Source: Octopus vulgaris (taxonomy: Eukaryota). From it: DNA of 64,000 nt. The DNA is taken from assembly GCA_951406725.2 (NCBI GenBank), contig OX597833.1, positions 9,114,001 through 9,178,000 of the forward strand, read 5' to 3'. The notes beneath the pieces were generated by a model. The model saw only the letters and a program-made list of their open reading frames with translations, was not told the DNA's origin and searched no databases. Positions 55,262-64,000 of the stretch are shown piece after piece. Every line of letters begins with the position of its first letter. Within the stretch, counting starts at the first letter, position 1. The position numbers were made by a program, and so were the translations under genes.

Positions 55262-55830
55262 TTCTGAAGAATGTGTGGGAAAAGGGTCGAAAGCATAACA
55301 CACATTGTTAGTGCTTGTGAAAGTCTTGCGCAGAAATGGTACAAGCGTAGACATGACAAGGTAGCCCAAAACCTCCACTGGCTACTATGCCATAAGTATG
55401 GATGTGAACTTACAGGTGCTTGGTACCAACATACACTGGAAAAGGTAATGGACGAAGAGGGGAAGGCAAAAATCCTCTGGGACTTTAACTTCCAGACAGG
55501 CAAGGTATTAGGGCACTGAAGGCCAGATACAGTAACCTTTAAGAGGGACAAACAAGAGTGCCTAATAATTGATGTGGCAGTGCCAGGAGATCAACAGATC
55601 ATCATAAAAGAAAGAGAAAAGGTTGATAAATATGGAGACCTGAGAATTGAGATGGCTAAGATGTGGCAGCTACAGGAGTCAAACATAAAGGTTATCTCTA
55701 TTGTCATTGGAGCATTGGGTTCAATACCACCCAATCTGGAAAAACATCTGAAGACTTTAGAAATACCCTACAATCTAGGTGTACTGTCTGTCTGAGGTCC
55801 TTGCTGTGACTTGACAAACAGTACAAACCC
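55262..55830 (+). mobile_element. R4/Dong-like LINE 3' fragment (CCHC and RLE)
   Basis: CGKRVESITHIVSAC, RRHDKVA, ILWDFNFQT, RPD, IIDVAVPGD, EKVDKYGDL. Confidence 0.85.
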
Positions 55831-56804
55831 CCTGTATATTTACAGATATTTATTAATATGTCACATGTTTTTATAAATCATATATTAGCGCTTGTGTCCA
55901 CTCTAGTGGAATCATCAGATTGAACTTTTTTAAGGAATTATGTCACTTTTTATAGTATTATTGAGTGTGTAAGGGTGGGGAGAGATATAAAATAGTACAA
56001 GAGGGTGAGGAATGGGGAGAAAGCGAGAGAGAGTGCACGTGTATGCATACACAAACACACACACATGCGCTCTCTCTCGCTTTCTCCCCATTCCTCACCC
56101 TCTTGTACTATTTTATATCTCTCCCCACCCCTACACGCTCAATAATACTATAAAAAGTGACACAATTCCTTAAAAAAGTTCAATCTGATGACTCCACTAG
56201 AGTGGACACAAGCGCTAATATATGATTTATAAAAACGTGACATATTAATAAATATCTGTAAATATAAAACCATCCGGATTTCTGAGTACCTCTTTTCTTC
56301 TAATATATAATACCTGTACATCATCTCCAAACCTTCTAACACACACACATATATATATATATCTGTGTGTGTGTGTGTGTGTTTAAAGACAGGTGGTTAT
56401 ATAGGCATAGGCATAGCAGTGTGTTTGAGTAGTTTAATTCTTAAGCATTTTGCTTTTGCTCCAGTCCCATTTATAGCAACAGTAAACAAGGACAACAACC
56501 AGAAGAACATTAAATAAAGCAGCTGTATTCTCTAATTGTACGATGTTTGATTCAAAGTTTTTTATAAAACTGTTTCTAAAGAAGGAATTGTGCCACAAAA
56601 AGATGGTTGACCAACATAACAAGAAATCAAACACAGAACTAACAACAACAAATCTCAGAGATTTGGGAAAAACAGTAAAAAAAATCAACACCAAACCAAT
56701 AATTCATAAAAGACAATAATTATTCTCTATTCGTTTTAATGAACATTTTCTCTTTTTTTTTTGTCAATCTTAACTAAAAACAAGGAGGTAGAAAATTTAC
56801 ACAC

Positions 56805-56909
56805 CTGATATGGGTTAATTGGTTTCACCTTGACTTTGGCTAAAGGCTGACCATCAAAACTAGTCGTAAGAATTATATGGCCTTGAGTGTATTTGAAATA
56901 GAGTTTCAC
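56805..56909 (-). CDS. C2CD2L: C2CD2L-like exon B (SMP-like region), VKLYFKYTQG...VKPINPYQ
   Basis: attcag acceptor, CAG|gtgtgt donor, 105 nt, phase 0-0; beta-rich SFDGQP motif typical of SMP domains. Confidence 0.8.
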
Positions 56910-57049
56910 CTGAATAATAATAATAATAGTAATAACAACAACAACAACAAAATAACAAAAATAAGAAAAACATAATAACAACAACAATAATGATGATGAT
57001 GATGATGATGATGATCATAACAACAGTGAATATCAGACATGAGGCAGAG

Positions 57050-59400
57050 AATAACCCAACATAAGCCAAGTTGTGCTGGGTGCATCCTGTTGTGTACACC
57101 AAATGGGAATGCTTACAGGTTCCACCTTCTGTATAAATTATAACATTTCTCTTATGATTTGTGATGGAGTGGACTTGATTCTTATTGCTGCACAATGGAC
57201 AGGAGTCAACTCTCTCTTGTGGCTGTTTTTCAGGCCATGACATGCAGAAACTCTAATCGAGTTTTTATTGGGATTACAGATACTGGTTAATTGTTCTCTT
57301 ATGTTTTTGTTGCATCTGAAGTCTGGATGAAGAAATATTTGTTTGACAAGGATATTTTTCTGAAATATACTAGTAACTTTCAAGCAACACTTTTCAAATG
57401 CCAGTGAAATTTTGGTGCAACTTAATCAATAAAGGAATTCGGTCGTAAATTTCACTTTGCAAAAATTAGGCATCTACATTTGACTTTCCTTGCTAATTTC
57501 AGCTATGACATTTGGTATTTCCTTTAATCATGATTAACTGTAACCATGTTTGACATAATGGAACACAAGGCTGTTTGCATGTTTCCAGTAATCCCTTATG
57601 TCATACAAATCTATTTTATCCTCAAAAGTTGAGGCTTCAAATTTGACTTAATTATATGATGTGGATGAGAGGAGCAGTGGTGAAGATAAATATAAGATGA
57701 TGTGGGTTTACAAAATAACATTTCAACCTTCTGAAAACTTAATTTTTGTGTCCAAAATTTGACACTAATTTTTGAAAAACTTGATCAGAATTTTATATTA
57801 GAGTTAAAGCCATAGTTTTGTGTGAAGCAGTCTCAGAAATGCAAAATCTCAACTCAACTATTTCACAGAGAAAATGAAATGGAATACTTTTGTTTGACCT
57901 TTTTTCAAAGACATTTGTGCATGCTCCCATCCCGTCATCACAGTCAATGTCAGGGTATAGTGAAGAAACAGCCATGGTAACCAAAAAAAAAAAAAAAAAA
58001 TTGTTTGACTCTAATTTGATGCTTAGAAAAAGTGGTAATTTTGGACACAAAATCGAAAGTATCCTGAATACAGGAATTTGATCTTTTTGCTACAAGGAGT
58101 AGGAAGCCATCCAACCACTCTGAAATTTTAGTTGTGCAACATTTATACATGCTACAAATTGGGGGCAATGGTGGAAAATTTTCAAACTCTTTGTGTATTT
58201 TTGGAAGGCAAAAAAGAGGTATTCTTTGTTCTGACCATAAAATCCTAGAATCAGTTACATTTATGAAATTTTTTTCCTCCATTTCCAAAATTATTTTGTC
58301 AAGTTCCTCTCTGTAATTCAAGTTTGAATCAATATGTAATTCTTCATAAGAAGTTGTGCCATTTAAATCTTCTTCAAAAGCTGAAGTATACTCATCCTTG
58401 TCCATAATAAGAGTAGTACCCCATCCTTATCAGCCATTTTAACAATAACACAGTGCTTTATGCTGGGATAAGGTTATTCCAAGTCTTTTTTTTTTTTACT
58501 TGTTTTGAAACTTTCCCTAATGTCTTGCTTGACAACATTCAAGAAATTCTAGCAGTGCTTGTAAATGTCCCCACCAAACTCATCCAATTTGGATATTTTC
58601 AATCTAATTACACCAGGTTTAATTATCATCATTTTCAATAAACATTGGATTTTCCAACTCCTTGTTAACCGTTTTTCTCAAAAATATGTTCCTTAGGCTT
58701 ATAACAGTGACCAAACTGAAATAATCTTTTGGTTACTTTATTTTTGTGAAAATTCTTAGTGCTTGGGCAGAATCTCAGTCCAAGGTCGAAGATGGAAATA
58801 TCATGTACTAAGAGTTTTAACTTAGATTTATAACCAACTAATTTTCTAACAAGATAGATCTTCTTGGGTAATTATTTCCCACATTGTTACTGTCATTAAA
58901 TTTCTGACTATCTTTTGATTTTTGCCGAAACTCTTCACTTAAAACATGAGACTTATTGGGAGACAAAAGTTACGTGAGAAGTCATAACTTTTAGTTGTCT
59001 TTCTAGGAGGAACCCATTTGTGGATGGGTGATAGAAAGTGAGCGACTTCTTTGGTTTTTGTTGGCATTTGAAAAACTTTAACTTTTGGGAATAAACAAAT
59101 TTATTGCTCTTAAGGCAAAAACTAAAATGGGTTTGGACTCTCAATTGCTAAAATAAAAACTTCTCAAGAGTTTTCAGAGATTAGTTCAAATGTGTATGGA
59201 AGGGCAAAAATGTCACAATCATATGGGCCAACCTGGGGATTAGTTATTTGAACATGTTGAATTGTAGGAGTTAATGTTTGTTTATGGTGAGTAGAGTATT
59301 GTTATCTGAGTGGTTAGCTCTTGTAATATGGTAAATTTAAACTTTCATAAACATAAACATCTCTGAAAAAAATTGATCAATAAAGTAAAGTGATTGTTTT
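57050..59400 (-). mobile_element. Penelope-like retroelement remnant (RT and start of GIY-YIG)
   Basis: MDKDEY..LPKIHK..PLPPICS..KISEWLD..IQDTFDF; TCKHSHLVYTTGCTQHNLAYVG (GIY-YIG-like); left boundary firmer than right. Confidence 0.8.
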
Positions 59401-60539
59401 TGATGTGATGGGTAAACAATATGAGGTGTGGACAGTATGCGAGGAATTCAGTGTAAGAAAAAATGGTAGGTAGTATAGAAATTTCAGGAAACTTTTCTGT
59501 TATCATGTTCAAGATAGCGTTAACAAGTTGGTCTCATAACATTTGTCATAAAAGTAAAGATGACTTCTCCACATATTTCAATCATTTTTAGCCAAATTAT
59601 TCCCTCATTCATTGGCTCAGTACAACTTAAATCCTTTTCCAGTTTCTTTTCCTTTTTTCCTTTTGTTTTCTTTTTTACTTTCAGGACAAAAAAAGAAAAA
59701 GATGAAAGAATTTGAGGAAGACAGACATACTTTTGAAATATTGTTCAATTCAATAAACAGAGTCAATTTCTATTACAAATTGTATCCTGCTCTTCTTATA
59801 GACTATTTACCTTTGAGAAGAGTTAACTCAATCTTCCTCCTCCTCATCATCATCATCATTTTATGTCCGCTTTCCATGCTGGCATGGGTTGGACAGCTTG
59901 ACTGAGGACTGGTGAGCCAGAGGCTGCACCAGGCTCAATCTGATCTGGCAGAGTTTCAACAGCTGGATACCCTTCCTAATGCCAACCACTCCCAGAGTGT
60001 AGTGGGTGCTTTTATGTGCCACTGGCATGACGGTCAGTTAGGCAGTTCTGGCAACGACCATGCTCAAAAGATGTTTTTATGTGCTACCTGCATGGGAGCC
60101 AGTCTGGTGGCACTAACAACGACCACGCTCAAATGCTGTTTTCCACGTGCCACCAGCACATGTGCCAGTAAAGTGACACTGGAAACAATCACACTCGAAT
60201 GGTGCTTTTCACGTGTCACTGGCACAGGAGCCAATCTGTGGCCCTGGCAACGATCACACTCGAATGGTGCTTTTCACGTGTCACTGGCACAGGAGCCAAT
60301 CTGTGGCCCTGGCAACGATCACACTCGAATGTGCTTCATACATTAATAATAATTGTAATGATGATGATAATGATGATGATGCTGATGCTGATGCAGCGGG
60401 CACCAGTTCTCATGGCTTCTGATCTAAACTGATTGGAAGTTTTTATGTACATGTATTGTCTTGGTGTAAAAGAAGGGCTACAGCAAGTATTCAGCTTAAG
60501 ACCCCAGATTTGCTTGTCAGTTGCTTGACCCTAACCATC

Positions 60540-63060
60540 TTTTCACATATTCACCAGGGCTAGCACTTTCCTCTCCATCCTCACATTCCTTTCCAAGTAG
60601 AACATAAAAAAAGTTGATGAGAGCTTGACTGAAGAGGAAGGTGTTTTTCTTCCTCAATCCTTTCAGCCTTGTTCACCACACAATCTCTTTCACTGTAGCC
60701 ACTAGACAGAGGCACAATGCCTGCTCTGCCTTGTTAAAGGTGGCTGGTGGAATGATCCTCACTATGGATTTGGCTGATAGTCAGATGATGTTCAACATAA
60801 CTCCATAAGTCAGTAACATTTGGATACTGCATGAGTGCATGCAGAACTGTTTTGCCACTCTGCCTGCATCTTGGAATGGTTCTGCTGGAAGTCATCCATG
60901 GTAGTATTATACCAACTAGTTCATCCTTGTCAAGGCCTAGAGTTTCCTTGAGAACATCATTGGTCTCACTCACCACTAGATTTCTATACATTGCTACCAT
61001 AGAAATTCCATTGACTGTATTACCTAACTGGCAGAAAGCAGTGAGTGCTTGATGACGTAATGCCTTTTTTTCACTACTGAGGGTGCACAAAAAACGTTGG
61101 GGACAGTACAGGACAATATGATGTGGGGTTACATAAAGAAGTGGCTAAAAAGTAAAAAAACAGTGAAAAGATAAATTCTAGTGATGAATAATTCCCCAAA
61201 AGAGGGAAACTTCCTTGGGCTACTTATGGAAACCCCACAAAACGACAGTTGCCCTGACCACTAGAGCAAGTGCTCTCTCCATATTATTTTCCTTCAATCT
61301 ATAGGTGCCTGCTTAGAGTAGGTCCATTCACTTGGATCATTCTTGGGACATTCACTCCCCTTAGCAGCACTTCCCTCTCCATCCTCACTTTTCTTTTCAA
61401 GTGAAATTTGAAAAAGTTGATGTGTGCTTATCCAAAGAGGAAAGTGTCTGTCTTCAGCTCTTTCAATCTGGTCCACCACACAATCTCTTTTGCTAAGGCT
61501 ACCGGACAAATAAATATTGTCTGCTCTTCCTGACCAATGGAAGGAAGTAGGATAATCTCAATAGACCCAGCCAATAGCTGGATCAGTCCTACACACAACA
61601 GCAAGTGTTTCACATAAACCAACAATTCAACAATGCTTGAGCACTGGATGAGAGCATGCATGCATTTCAGGCAAGCCTGGCTGATGGTACTTCCATGCCT
61701 GTGGAGTTTATTTCAAACCAGCAATGTGCCTCCCAGTAGCATTATCGCGACAAAGATTTCTGAAATTATCTGTGGACCCTGGCCTGAAAGATCACCAGAA
61801 CAGACCAGCCGGTTGATTCATGCTGATACCCAGAATCTCCCCTAGAATGCTGTTGCACTTGTCTATCACGAATCTTCCTTGGAACACCAAAATGGAAGTT
61901 CCACTGACTGCATTTTTACTTGAGTGTCAAAGTACCGTGAATGCCAGACAACACCCTAAGGACCAGGTGTCCTGCAGCTCAGTTGAAGAGATGATCAGTG
62001 GGAAAGCAAATCTGACAAAAGGTGACCACACCTGCTCACCATTAAAGAAGTGCTGGAGATGTCATAGCCTCAGTACAGGTCTGCATATCAACAGCCCAGA
62101 CATGCTCAGTCCTCCATTCAGTGGGTGTTGACAATGGAGCACCTAACCAGTGGAATGCATCCCTTTCACACAAAGTGCAAGAGTAGGTGCTCCAGTCTGG
62201 TCAGACATAAACTGGGGCTAGGCATGATGGTTAAGTGGTAAAATATAATGAAGAGGATGTATGCATTTGCTACCTTTGGCCACCCTGTCAGAGATATAGT
62301 TTCTGTCAGTCAATTTCTGGGTAAGATTAGCCACCCTGCTCATCACCTCATCCCAATTCTTCTCTACCTCGAAACCAAACCAAATCCCAAGCAATTTAGC
62401 TGGTTTTTCTGTCCAGCATGTCACAATGTTATTGGATCTACCTCACTAGGTGCCAATCTGCAGACCCATTGACTCTTCTTCGTTAATTTTTGTCCCTTTC
62501 ACCACTTTGTATTCTTTTAGAGCAGTGCTGATTAAGTAATCTATGTGTCTGATGTCTGACACTGTAAGGTAACATCATCTGCATAGGCTGACATGGTCCT
62601 CCCACGTGGGATGCCTCTCAACACTTCCATTTTTCACAGCAGTGGCTCTAGAGCTTGTACATACAGAGGAAATGAGGGAGGGTAACCTTGATGGACTGAG
62701 TGCATGATGCTGAATGGTTCCAAGAAGTAATCATTCACCCAAACTACCAAGCAGATGTTGCACACTGTGGCAATCTAGCCATGGAAAATGGGACCAAAAC
62801 TGGCTGCCAAGTAATGGTGGTCAACCCTATAAAAGGCTTTTGATTGATCCAAATTGATCAGAGCTCCATCCATGCCAAGTTCTTTAGCCATCCTGTCCTT
62901 GATGTATTACAAGAATTGCAAGTTGTCATGGATAGGATTGCTTTGAATAGTGCTGCATCTTTGCACATCACAGCTCAGTTCTTCGATCAGCATCTGCCTC
63001 TTTGTTAGCACCTTGACCAAAAGGGGATGATGTTAAAGCAAGGGATGAATTATCACATGG
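60540..63060 (-). mobile_element. L1/Tx1-type LINE remnants (two 3' ends, one with RT)
   Basis: DQSKAFYRVDH, SAYADDVT, KLLGIWFG, and two zinc-knuckle-like ends (CRQSGKTVLHALMQY; HALIQC). Confidence 0.75.
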
Positions 63061-63256
63061 GGATAAATACATCTGAGGGGTTTCAGCACTGTTTCCAGTG
63101 ACCCAAACCAGAGGTTAATTTTAAGCTATGGAAGAAAACCTTTGATCTTAGGAACTATTTCAAATCTTGGAGCAAATCCTGGGAGAAATTAGGGATACAA
63201 CAACAACAACAACAACAATTACCAGAGTGCTGATAAAATGAGAAGAAAGTACTTAC

Positions 63257-63376
63257 TTTCGCTTGGTATCTTGCCACGTCACATAAACAATTGGTTAGTT
63301 TCATTCCAGTGTGAGTTTTTTGGGAGGCAAACATAGAGAATGACAAGTTGCGAGCATCAGAGAAATAATTGATGAC
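63257..63376 (-). CDS. C2CD2L: C2CD2L-like exon A (SMP-like region), VINYFSDARN...DVARYQAK
   Basis: ttttccag acceptor, AAA|gtaagt donor, 120 nt, phase 0-0, open frame. Confidence 0.75.
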
Positions 63377-64000
63377 CTGGAAAAGAAGTAGAAATGAATG
63401 ATTTTAAATTATTATTCTCATTATTAAGGCAATTAGCTGGCAGACTCATTAGCATGCCAAGTGAAATGCTTGGTAGTATTTTGTCCACCATTACATTCTG
63501 AGTTCAAATTCCTCTGAGGTCAACTTTCCCTTTCAATAAAATAAGTAAAGGTCAAGTACTTGGGTCAGTCTAATCAACTCTCCTGCCCCCCCCCCCTCCT
63601 TAAAAACAATGTAACCTGTATAGAATTAAAGTATTCCCAGCCTGATGATTAGTTAAGTTGAAGACCTCTCGTTGAGTAATTATTACATCAGAGGATCTGT
63701 TGGCTGGGAAACATATGTTGCCTGAATTTTACCTGTTCCACTCCCTCAATTTGGATTTTTATTCACATTTATTCACAACTCTAGTTGTTAACAGTGAACT
63801 CTATAGAAACTTTCAGCTTATTGAATTTCCTTGTAACTTTGAAATGGGAAAATGTGTTTAACCTTTGATGCCAGTAAATTGTTATTGTTGCTGACTGTTT
63901 ACTGTCCACTTTTTGTTTTCAATACCTAAGCACCTTGAAAGAAAAGTTGGGCATAAGAGGCATCAAATGTGGTGTGCAAGAGAGATGACTGTGCTGCTAT

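Noticed and set aside
60170-60330. ~65-bp tandem duplication
   Set aside because: Internal repeat of the SINE-like element; ordinary.

Overview
AT-rich, microsatellite-dense animal DNA, probably from an octopus or other coleoid cephalopod (inferred from the repeat landscape, not proven). One spliced protein-coding gene spans almost the whole window on the minus strand. I traced 13 GT-AG exons with consistent phases from 63376 to a TAA stop at 7079-7081 (1848 nt, 615 aa). They encode the C-terminal part of an SMP-like region, a C2 domain and the characteristic tail motifs of C2CD2L/TMEM24, an ER-plasma membrane lipid transfer protein. The 5' exons lie beyond the right edge. The introns hold decayed mobile elements: RTE, CR1, L1/Tx1, R4/Dong-like LINEs, Penelope-like elements, mariner and maT transposons, a Helitron, a piggyBac-type MITE and three SINE-like families. 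Notable observations: (i) two minimal type I hammerhead ribozyme motifs next to a Penelope remnant, one on the pre-mRNA strand, plus two degenerate ones; (ii) at least seven intronic fold-back hairpins with 30-264 bp arms; (iii) an RTE LINE with a near base-exact twin-priming-type inversion; (iv) a ~1.9 kb degenerate ~61-bp tandem array; (v) a promoter-like or solo-LTR-like island; (vi) a candidate 24-nt microexon. All coordinates were read by eye; boundaries of repeats are approximate.
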